Part shown: in pieces, positions 33,542-45,008 of the stretch
Position numbering within the stretch: the stretch's first letter is position 1
Layout: every line of letters starts with the position of its first letter
From: an uncultured delta proteobacterium
GTDB lineage: Bacteria > Myxococcota > Myxococcia > Myxococcales > Myxococcaceae
Length of the DNA stretch: 64,000 bases
Direction: 5' to 3'
Assembly: GCA_963713045.1 (NCBI GenBank)
Contig: CAVQKE010000005.1
Location: 268,012 to 332,011 of the forward strand
Made by a program: the position numbers and the translations under genes
Notes under the pieces: generated by a model
The model's input: only the letters and a program-made list of their open reading frames with translations
What the model was told of the DNA's origin: nothing
The model's database searches: none

Positions 33542-33820
33542 ATGGACTCTCCTTGCGCTCCTCAGCACCCCAGAGGGTGGCAACCGCACTACGTGCGTCA
33601 TGAACTCATCCATGCTTGGCAGAGCCAGACGCTGGGAAATCTGCCGTTTCGCCGCCTCCCCGAATGGCTCGCTGAAGGAATGGCGTACGCATGGAGCGAT
33701 GATCCGCGCGGAGTGTTGGAGCAGCCCTTCGAGTCCTACCGCGAGCGCTTCGTCCAGTGGAATGGCGCTCAGGGGACGCAGCAAATCGCCGCCCGGCTGA
33801 GAGCAGAAGTCGCTCGATAG
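33542..33820 (+). CDS. small HExxH protein, peptidase-MA-like fragment
   Basis: 92 aa. VRHELIHAWQ followed by PEWLAEGMAYAWS resembles the HExxH...EG motif pair of MA-clan (Peptidase_MA_2-like) domains. It is much shorter than a full domain. Confidence 0.35.
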   Translation: MDSPCAPQHPRGWQPHYVRHELIHAWQSQTLGNLPFRRLPEWLAEGMAYAWSDDPRGVLEQPFESYRERFVQWNGAQGTQQIAARLRAEVAR

Positions 33821-33964
33821 ACCGGTTCCGGTCGCCATGCGAGCCCCCCCGCATTTCGGCCCACGCTTCACAGCTGGTGAGCACCCGCTTGCTGCATTCT
33901 TGCCGCCAGGCCTCCGGGCAAGTGGAAGCATCGGGCTGGCACCAATGGGCTGAAAGGCATCGGG

Positions 33965-34855
33965 GTGAACGGCAGCTTTATGAATTCGATTCCCAGCGAG
34001 GTGATTTGGTCGTATCTCGTCGGTGGAGCCGTTCTTGCAATCTGGCTGGTCGTCACTGTTTTCCGCGACGATTGGTCAAAGGCGCGAGGCGTCGACAAGC
34101 TGATTCTGCTTGGGCCAGTTTTTTACGCGGCGCCACTCGCGGCCTTTGGCACTGAACATTTCACGCGGACGGAGGCCATTGCGTCCATCGTGCCAGCGTG
34201 GATTCCGTGGCATACATTTTGGGCGTACTTCATCGGTGCTTGTTTTATCGCAGCCGGTGTCAGCCTCGCGACGAGGATTCAGACGCGTCTTTCGGCGAGC
34301 TTGCTCGCTTTGACGTTTTTCTTGTTCGCAGTGCTGATGGACGCCCCAGCTTGGGCACAAGACCCGGGCGATCGGATTGCACTTACGCTCGCGCTACGCG
34401 AACTGTCCTTCAGCGGAGGCGCTCTAGCGCTGGCAGCCAGCCTCACCGAGCCGCCGCGCAAGCCTGGCAGGGACATCCTTGCGACGATGGCGCGGTACTT
34501 CGTTGCAATTCCGGTGCTGGTTTTCAGCTTCGAGCAATTCATGCACGGCGACTATGTTCCCGGCGTTCCGCTGAACCTGGTGACGCCGGAGTACGTTTAC
34601 GGACACGCAATTTGGACGTACCTGGCGGCCCCGGTTTACGCACTCGCGGGTACCCTCTTGCTTGTTGGCAAGAAAGTCCGCGCAGCGGCAACGTGGCTTG
34701 GCTTGACAGTGCTTTTCTTGGAGTTGTTCGTCTATCTGCCGATCGCAGTCGTGCAACGCGCCAGCCTGGACAACGGTCTCAATTACTTGGCAGACACCCT
34801 GATGTTTTGCGGAGCCGTTTTGCTGCTCGCGGGCGCCATGCCGCGCGAACCATAG
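33965..34855 (+). CDS. polytopic membrane protein (about 8 TM), function unknown
   Basis: 296 aa with regularly spaced hydrophobic segments. The real ATG is possibly at 33980 (MNSIPSEV). Confidence 0.6.
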   Translation: MNGSFMNSIPSEVIWSYLVGGAVLAIWLVVTVFRDDWSKARGVDKLILLGPVFYAAPLAAFGTEHFTRTEAIASIVPAWIPWHTFWAYFIGACFIAAGVSLATRIQTRLSASLLALTFFLFAVLMDAPAWAQDPGDRIALTLALRELSFSGGALALAASLTEPPRKPGRDILATMARYFVAIPVLVFSFEQFMHGDYVPGVPLNLVTPEYVYGHAIWTYLAAPVYALAGTLLLVGKKVRAAATWLGLTVLFLELFVYLPIAVVQRASLDNGLNYLADTLMFCGAVLLLAGAMPREP

Positions 34856-34992
34856 CGTGGAGAAATCGCCACGCCGGTGCTCGCCCGGCTTCGGAAGTTG
34901 GGCCTAAATGCGTAGCACTCGACTGCGCGCCGATAGCCTCAGAGTGACGGAGCCCTTCCCCTCCGAGCGAGTCGAAAATCTCAGTCGCTCGC

Positions 34993-36648
34993 TCATGGGT
35001 TGCACGTTCCATCTGTAATCTGCCCCGAGCAATATTGGATGACTTGATAGGCAGTCGCAAAGGTGTTGTTGGCAGAGAGATAGTCGTTGAGACTCACGTT
35101 GGAAACGTCAAACAACGCAATTCCGTAGTCGTTGTTGGCGGTACCATAATTGATGAAATTACAATTGGCGATGACAGGACCCAAGGGTCCATTCGCCGTT
35201 TGTTGTCCATCGCCCATGGCGATTTCCCCGGTTCCCGTGGGCCCAGAATTATTCACCGCTGCAGCCCACTCGATGGTGGCGTAACTTAATGAAGAGCCCG
35301 TGCTCTGGTTGGCATTTGTGCACCAGAAATTGAGGCCAGCCCAATCCCCTAGCCCGGGGCTCGCCGCGCCGCTGGTGAAAGTGATGGAATTTCCTGCCGA
35401 CCCAGCGGCGACCAAATAACTGTTCCCATTGGACTGGTTGTTGGAACCAGCCGGTGGCGGGTCGACGTCCAATTCGGTGCCTGAGGCGAACTCGACCGTG
35501 TTGGGAGCGGCGATGGTGAGGGTGTCATCCGGGCCAGTCGGGCCTGAGGAGATGACCTGCACGGTGGTCTCGATGAAATAAGGCAGCGGGATGGCGGGCC
35601 AGGTCGTGCTTGCTGCGACGAGGCAGAATTGGTTAACAAACGTCTGAATTTCCACCACGGCTGAAGCGCTGGTCGAAGGTGTCGCGGAAATGGTCGTTGG
35701 AACTGTTCCCCCCTCATTCGCCTCGATGACCAAGGGGAAGTGCTCAGTCAATTCCCAGTTCATGACGCTGATGTAACCCGAGTTCGGGCCAAACCCCGTG
35801 TCCAGCCCGGCGAACACCAGGCCGTGGCCAGCGCTGTTGTGGACCGTGACGTAACTGAGCAGTGGGGCGGGAGTTTGACTGGCGCTCCCACTCAAGACAT
35901 CTCCCCCTTCAACGGTCAGCCCAGCGGCATCGGTGTTTGGTAAGTCGTTGCCCCCTGCGCCCCCCGCGTAGTTGATGGTGACGTACTCCATCGACGTGCC
36001 GCCGCCCTGGGGCCCAATGAGAACTCCGCCCCAATCACCCGGGGCAGGAGACGAGGACTCGGAAGTGAGGAGGATGCCGGATGCGCTGGTTCCATTCGCC
36101 ACCAGCGAGCCGGGTTGCCCGTCCGCTCCGACACGGAGGGCGGCACCGTTGTTTCCGCCTGTACCGGGCGCGAACTCGACGGTCGTCCCTGGCAGGATGG
36201 TGAGCACCGGGCTGCTCGACCCGCCGACGGTGACGGTCGCCGCAGCCGTCCAAATACAACTGTTGTCGAGGGTCATGTTGGAGGTGACCGTGGAAGGGAG
36301 GAGGCAAGGGGCGAGATAACGGAATCCGCTGGGGAGCACCGCGGACTGGCTGTCTGGATTGGTGACGGTCACGTCGACAGCTCCCGCTGCCCCCGCGGGG
36401 GTGACGGCCGAAATGCTTGCCGCACTGTTGATGGTCACTCCCGTCGCTGGCGCTGAACCAAAGTGGACGCTTGCGCCGACTTGGAAATTGGCTCCGGCAA
36501 TGGTGACGGCTGTGCCGCCTGCAGTCGAACCCGAGTTCGGCTGAACACTCGAAAGGGAGGGAGGCGGGGCTAGGTTCGGAGTGGAACTGCATGCGGCGAG
36601 AAATGACAGGACTCCGCCCACCACCAGTCGTATTGAAAGACGTCTCAT
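34993..36648 (-). CDS. lipoprotein with an N-terminal IPT/TIG domain and a Gly/Ser/Thr-rich beta-helix-like region
   Basis: ATG at 36648 (MRRLSIRLVVGGVLSFLAAC lipobox). SSVQPNSGSTAGGTAVTIAGANFQVGASVHFG...VTNPDSQSAVLPSGFRY is IPT/TIG-like. Confidence 0.7.
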   Translation of the reverse strand: MRRLSIRLVVGGVLSFLAACSSTPNLAPPPSLSSVQPNSGSTAGGTAVTIAGANFQVGASVHFGSAPATGVTINSAASISAVTPAGAAGAVDVTVTNPDSQSAVLPSGFRYLAPCLLPSTVTSNMTLDNSCIWTAAATVTVGGSSSPVLTILPGTTVEFAPGTGGNNGAALRVGADGQPGSLVANGTSASGILLTSESSSPAPGDWGGVLIGPQGGGTSMEYVTINYAGGAGGNDLPNTDAAGLTVEGGDVLSGSASQTPAPLLSYVTVHNSAGHGLVFAGLDTGFGPNSGYISVMNWELTEHFPLVIEANEGGTVPTTISATPSTSASAVVEIQTFVNQFCLVAASTTWPAIPLPYFIETTVQVISSGPTGPDDTLTIAAPNTVEFASGTELDVDPPPAGSNNQSNGNSYLVAAGSAGNSITFTSGAASPGLGDWAGLNFWCTNANQSTGSSLSYATIEWAAAVNNSGPTGTGEIAMGDGQQTANGPLGPVIANCNFINYGTANNDYGIALFDVSNVSLNDYLSANNTFATAYQVIQYCSGQITDGTCNP

Positions 36649-37279
36649 TGCCTCTCCCCCTTCAGTGGCTTTGGCCACAAGTTTCGAACCAAGTGACGCC
36701 GGTTGAGCGTTGCGAAAAACGAAAAAGCTTTGGCCTCGGACGGCCAACCTCGAGGTGGCGGGCCACAGAAGGTGGAGACCGAAGAAGGCGAGGCAGCCGC
36801 GAATGGATTGCCGCTGAAGAGTCCTCTCGAGCGCCGCCGGCAAACGCGCGATGCCTGGCGACTGCAGCGTCGAGGACGCCTCTCCATTTCGTCGCCTGCG
36901 GCTGCCTCATGTTTGAGCGCCCAACGCTCCTTTGGGGACGTCCTGGGGACGTCCGTCCTTCCCTGCGTCACTAGACGCTTGGACCAGGCACTTTTTCTCA
37001 CGCTGGGTTTTCGTGAACGCCGGCACCGGTCCTTTGGTGTCCCGAGCACCCCACCTATCGGCGCAGTGACCAACAGCGCGCCGTGGCAGCCGAGGGGTAT
37101 GGCTGCTGGACGCGGTCTGCGCCTGGCACTTGCAACAGGGGCGCTGCATGCCAGCCGTGGCGCACGACCCCAACTGCCGACCGCATGGTTACGGTCGGGT
37201 CGGCGCGACCGACGGCGCAGCCCGCTTCCCTGAGGCACGACCGCGAACCGGCGAGTGAGCTGCCTGGCTCTCACCCCCG

Positions 37280-38312
37280 ATGGACCTAAATCCCCACCCC
37301 TTGGGACGAGCGTCGGGTTTCTGGCTGCTCGCGCTCTCGCTGCCCTTCCTCGCGTGCTCTCGTTCGGCGTCGCTCGCGGCCCCCGACGCGGGGCCCGAGA
37401 GGGCGGTCCGACTCGTCGAGCAGCGTACCGAGCGAGGTGTGGACCCGGTCCCGGCGGTGCTCCAGGCCATTCGCCGTGCAACGCTGTCCACGCGCATTCC
37501 GGCGCGGGTCACCCATGTGTACGTCGCGGCGGGAGACTCGGTGCAGGCCGGGCAACTGCTCGTCACGCTGGCCGACGACGACCTCCGGGCTCAGGTGGCC
37601 GGCGCTCAGGCGAGCTTCGCCACCGCCGCGGCGCACGAGCGGCGACTGACGCTGCTCACGCAGCAGGGCGCGAGCCCTCGGAGCGAGCTGGAAACCGCCC
37701 AGGCGCAGCGCGCGCAGGCGGAAGCCGCCCTGCGGGCCGCCGAGGAATCCCTGCGCTATACCCAGCTGCGTGCCCCATTCGAGGGTCGATTGCAGGCGAA
37801 GCGCGTCAACGAGGGGGATTTCGTCGTGGCTGGCACCCCCCTTGTCGAAGTCGAGGGGCGCGAGCTGGAACTCGTGGCCAGCCTTTCGGCCCAGCAGGTG
37901 GCGGGACTGGTGCACGGGCGGTGGGTGGACTTCGAGGTGGGGCAGCTCCGCGGCCACGCGGTGGTGACGGCTGTGGCGCCCGCCGCCGACTCGCTTGCAC
38001 ACCGGGTGGAGGTGCGTGCCCGCGTCCTCGGGGCTCCACCAGAGCTCCGGGGCGGGCTCTTCGCCCGCCTGCTGCTGCCTCGACCGGAGGAAAGCGGTGG
38101 GAGCGACGTCTGGGTCCCGTCCACAGCGCTGGTCCAGCGAGGCGACCTGCGCGGCGTCTTCGTGGCGGCCAACGGACGGGCCGAGCTCCGCTGGGTGCTG
38201 GCCGGGGACGTGGTCGATGGAGCCGTTGCAGTCCGGGCGGGACTCCTCCCGAATGAGGCCATCATCGACCAGCCAGGAGACCTCGTCGACGGGCAGCGGA
38301 TTGAGGTGGCGC

Positions 38313-38323
<11 letters not shown>
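37280..38323 (+). CDS. RND efflux periplasmic adaptor (membrane fusion protein) lipoprotein
   Basis: Lipobox LPFLAC. Coiled-coil hairpin region (AQAQRAQAEAALRAAEESLRYTQLRAPFEGRL). Confidence 0.85.
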
Positions 38324-41569
<3,246 letters not shown>

Positions 41570-41573
<4 letters not shown>

Positions 41574-42208
41574 GCATCGAGCGGACGGTTCGAGCTTTTG
41601 GGAGCCGCACCCCCCGGCTGCGTCAACCAGCCTTGGACCGTCCCAGGGCAAGAGGGTGGGGTCTCCTCGCAGCCGGTGCGGTGGTGCTCGGTGCGTCGGC
41701 GCCAGTCCCCGCGTCTCGCCAGCGCGTCGAGCCATTCGCCTCGGAGGCTGACCAGGCCATTGCCATTCTGCGGAGTAGGCTGCTCCAGCGGCTGACGGAG
41801 GCGATGGCCCAGGGCGGCGCTTCGGGCGCCATTGACGTCTGCAGCACCGAAGCGACGCGGCTGGCCACTGAGGCCGGTACCAGGCAAGGAGTCGAGGTGG
41901 GGCGGACCAGCTTCGCCCTCCGCAACCCCGGCAACGCTCCCCGGGCGTGGGCGGCGTCCACCGTCAACGCGGCGGCAGGCAAGAAGGCGGCGGAGGTTGG
42001 CCCGACGGTGTTCGACCTCGGAGACCGCGTGGGCGTGCTTCAACCCATCCCGGTAGGCAGCCTGTGCCTGGCTTGTCACGGCATGCGCGTCTCGCTGAGC
42101 CGCGATGTCAGCGCGGCGCTGGCGATGCGCTACCCCACCGACCGCGCCGTGGACTTCCGAGAGGGAGACCTACGGGGCTTCTTCTGGGCCGAGGTGAGGA
42201 AGCACTGA
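41570..42208 (+). CDS. Tll0287-like (DUF3365) domain protein with a CXXCH c-type heme motif
   Basis: GTG at 41570 overlaps the RND stop (GTGA) and is preceded by AGGAGG. AIDVCSTEA, GRTSFALRNPGN, CLACHG (CXXCH) and YPTDRAVDFREGDLRGFFW. Confidence 0.7.
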
Positions 42209-42235
42209 CCGCGCCGCGCTCGACTACGCGCAGCC

Positions 42236-42994
42236 TCAGTGCTTCGCCAGCTCTACCTCCAGCGCTTCACGAGAAACCTCGCCGGAACCGCGCCAGCGTT
42301 CCTTGCCGTCGACGTACACCACAAAGACCGGAACGCCCTGGATTCTCTCGCTCACCGCGAGGGCTTCGCTCTCCCCGATGTCCACGCGCAGCACGGTCGC
42401 CCTTCCCTTCCAGCTCTCGGCAATGGCGTCGATGACTGGGCTCATTCTGCGGCAGCTGTCACACCACTGCGTCTGGTAGTCCACCAGGACGCGTTTATTT
42501 GCCCTCAACAGCGCATCGAGCGCCTTGGGGTCCATCGCCTTCTCACCGCCCGCCACCGGCGGCGCGGACTGCTCGATGGGGTAGCCCTCGCGCGCCCAGG
42601 CCCCGATGCCCCCTTGCAAGTCATAGACCTGGGTAAAGCCAAGCTGTGCCATCATCTCCGCGGCTGCACCGCTGCGCTTTCCAGAAGCGCAGTAGACAAA
42701 GATGGGCTTGTTCTTCGGCAGCAAGTCGACCTTTTGCTTGAACTTCGGGTCGTGGAAGTCGATGACGCTCGCATTCGGAAGGTGTCCCCCCGCCACTTCG
42801 CCGGGCGTCCGGACGTCGAGGTAAGTCCCTCCCGTCTGCGCGGCCAGCTTCCGGAACTCCTGGGCACCGAGATGCGAAACATGCGACGGCCCTTGCATCG
42901 ACGTCTGAGTGGAGGCGCCAGCAGTAGCCTCCGCTTTGGCACAACCTGCGAGGAAACCCAGCGCGAGGAAACCGAGAAGGCGACAAGAGGGCAT
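42236..42994 (-). CDS. lipoprotein fusing a rhodanese domain and a thioredoxin-like domain
   Basis: ATG at 42994 (MPSCRLLGFLALGFLAGC lipobox). The rhodanese active-site loop is YCASGKRSG. The thioredoxin-like motif is WCDSC. Confidence 0.8.
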   Translation of the reverse strand: MPSCRLLGFLALGFLAGCAKAEATAGASTQTSMQGPSHVSHLGAQEFRKLAAQTGGTYLDVRTPGEVAGGHLPNASVIDFHDPKFKQKVDLLPKNKPIFVYCASGKRSGAAAEMMAQLGFTQVYDLQGGIGAWAREGYPIEQSAPPVAGGEKAMDPKALDALLRANKRVLVDYQTQWCDSCRRMSPVIDAIAESWKGRATVLRVDIGESEALAVSERIQGVPVFVVYVDGKERWRGSGEVSREALEVELAKH

Positions 42995-43093
42995 GGGGAC
43001 CTCCTCCAATTTCCAAGGCGAGCTGCACCGAAGAGAACGGGGCATGGTAGCCCCAGCCTGCTGGGGTGAACATCCCTACGAGCCCCCGCCGCC

Positions 43094-43577
43094 TTAGAAG
43101 GGTTTGGAAAGCTGACGGAATAACGTTTCGACCAGGGCCGCGTCACCGTTCTTCATGTCAATGGTGCCTCGACCGTAGAACCAGCCCTCCTTCTCCGTCA
43201 GCAGAAACGGCGCTACGGACCAGTCCTCCGGCTTGGCCTCGACAACATCGAGATGTCCGAGAAAGAGGATCGGCCTCCCCTGGCCCTTACCGCGGGAGTG
43301 GACGACGAGGTTTCGCTTGGTAGGGCAGTCAGCCGGGGCGATGGTCACCGAGTCCTTGGCAGCAAACCCGGCGGCCAAAAGCCGGCGTTCAATTGCTTTT
43401 GCAGCTTCGGTGGAGCCTTTCTCGTGGGTGGTGTTGATCTCAATCAGTTCCCTAAAGATTTCGCGGGCGAGTTGTTGGTCCGCAGACGGTGGAAGTGGTC
43501 GCGGCGCTGCAGCCGAGGAGTTGGAGGCCAGGCACAAACAGCAGAACGGAGGCTCCGGAAATGACGAAGCGGCTCAC
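43094..43577 (-). pseudogene. M20 family metallopeptidase remnant (5' third only, plus one frameshift)
   Basis: LFLGHLDVVEAKPEDWSVAPFLLTEKEGWFYGRGTIDMKNG is the M20 N-terminal catalytic region, and the ORF stops after ~147 aa. A lipoprotein signal (VSRFVISGASVLLFVPGLQLLGC from GTG 43577) is in a different frame. Confidence 0.7.
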
Positions 43578-43732
43578 GAAATCCTGACACACGTTGCCCC
43601 CCTCGAAAATCAGTTGCCTGCAGCGGCCAGACAGTAGCCAACGTTGAGCCAGCGCGCGCCCTCGCGGGCCGCGTACACCCCAGTGATTGAGTCCGCTCGC
43701 GCCGCCTACCACTCCAAAATCGTTGCGCATTG

Positions 43733-44205
43733 CTTCGGTCTTCTTCCCAGGCCGCGGTGTCGGGCTCTCGCTCTCCGGTATTTCTCCACGCGCCGCGGCC
43801 GCGGCGGTTCTGCTGCTCGCGCGTCCAAGGGGCATACTCCGAGCCGACTCACTTCCAGGCTCGCCGGGGCGCAGCGCGTGCTCGGGCCCGACTGCGCGTC
43901 CTGAGCGGCCGGTCACTCGCGGATGACCCGCATTCCCTTCCAGCCAACGACACGGCGGACGAGCGAAAGCATCTGCTCCTCCCTGCCCGCCGGCACGGTG
44001 TACCTCGCATAGAAGCCCCACCCGCGTCGTTCGTCGACCCAGGCATACGCGACGTCGAGCCGGTCGGCCGCGAGACGGATCTGCAGCTCCTCGCAGGCGA
44101 ACCGCAACTGACCGTCGGAGCACGTCCCGAGCATCGCGGCGGGAAGGGGCACGCCGCGGGTCGGGTACCGCTCGAGGGCCTTCCGGAGGAAGTCCACGTC
44201 AATCG
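43733..44205. repeat. dispersed repeat R2, copy A (3' two-thirds of the small secreted-protein gene plus ~180 bp downstream flank)
   Basis: Aligns by eye with 53546-53967, with a few short indels in the non-coding part. Confidence 0.85.
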
Positions 44206-44398
44206 GCCGACCAGTCGACACGTGGAGAACGACCACGACCGCTGTCGGGTCCTCGGGGTCGTGCGCCGCGACGTTCGCGGAGGGGACCTCGATCAGGACC
44301 CATCCCGGCGGCACCACCCAGACCACTTCCTGCCGAAAGTCCTGGCCTCCGTCGGCAACCGATAGAGCCGCGAGCACCAGTAGGCAGGCTCCATTCAC
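43913..44398 (-). CDS. small secreted protein of unknown function (161 aa)
   Basis: MNGACLLVLAALSVADGG is signal-like. A truncated paralogue is at 53675..53959. Confidence 0.65.
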   Translation of the reverse strand: MNGACLLVLAALSVADGGQDFRQEVVWVVPPGWVLIEVPSANVAAHDPEDPTAVVVVLHVSTGRPIDVDFLRKALERYPTRGVPLPAAMLGTCSDGQLRFACEELQIRLAADRLDVAYAWVDERRGWGFYARYTVPAGREEQMLSLVRRVVGWKGMRVIRE

Positions 44399-44687
44399 CT
44401 TAAGCAGTTTCGCGACGATTCAGCGCGCGTGCAACCCGGGAGCCCACCGTTCGGTGGTACACCGCAGTCGGAAGTGGCACCTGTGATGGAGTGCGGTTCA
44501 GAGGCGCGGTCTCAATCTTCTTGGCTTCGAGGAGGTTGGGGCCCTGGTCCTTCCGGTAAAATCTGCTGGTCAGTTCCAGGTCCGGTAACAGCCGCCCACG
44601 GATTAGATGGTCTGGGGGCATAGTTGTGGGTCTGCGGCGCGGGTTGGTCTGGACACCCAAACCGTAGCCGGGGTCACCCTGGGGTAG

Positions 44688-44769
44688 GCGCCTGGCGATT
44701 TCCCGGCGCACCCGTGTGACTTGGCTCAAGGACGCTGGCCTGCGTCGGCCTCGCAAATCCGGGGCGTGA
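44688..44769 (+). pseudogene. remnant of the last ~27 codons (Fis-type HTH) of a sigma-54 activator
   Basis: Translates RLAISRRTRVTWLKDAGLRRPRKSGA*, versus RLGISRRTLVTWLKDSGLPRPRKSGA* at the end of 50250..51980. I saw no activator-like sequence upstream of 44688. Confidence 0.8.
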
Positions 44770-44776
44770 GCTGTGC

Positions 44777-44807
44777 TGCGCTAATTGCGCAGCTGAGTCG
44801 TTGCGCA
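44777..44807. promoter_or_regulatory. candidate enhancer (UAS): TGCGC-N5-GCGCA palindrome plus a second TGCGCA 16 bp downstream
   Basis: TGCGCtaattGCGCAgctgagtcgtTGCGCA lies about 75-95 nt upstream of the -24 element. It is conserved at 51988-52018. Confidence 0.4.
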
Positions 44808-44867
44808 GATTGAGCAGCGCCGGCGGACCTGGCCGGGGAACGAGCCGAATTAACGGGCCACCTCGCC

Positions 44868-44882
44868 TGGCACTGGCATTGC
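44868..44882 (+). promoter_or_regulatory. sigma-54 (-24/-12) promoter
   Basis: TGGCACtggcaTTGC is an exact match to TGGCAC-N5-TTGC, 126 nt upstream of ATG 45009. Confidence 0.8.
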
Positions 44883-45008
44883 TCGCCCCTCATCACTCAC
44901 AACGCGAGAAGCCGAAACCGGGGGCGGGGGACGGTTAGGCCGCACGAGGGGCGCGGTGACCGCCCGCCTTATCTCGGCGCTCGCAAGACAGGCAAGGGAG
45001 AAGGGCAC

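Noticed and set aside
33362-33931. 189-aa minus-strand ORF between katG and the membrane protein gene.
   Set aside because: No motif, Arg/Pro/Gly-rich. The opposite strand carries the more plausible HExxH ORF.
37124-37139. TGGCAC in the long spacer upstream of the RND operon, as a possible sigma-54 promoter.
   Set aside because: The -12 position reads ACAG instead of TTGC, so there is no GC at the required spacing.
44400-44756. 118-aa minus-strand ORF between the small secreted-protein gene and the cassette.
   Set aside because: It runs antisense to the activator-tail remnant and is Arg/Pro-rich. It is most likely non-coding scar sequence.
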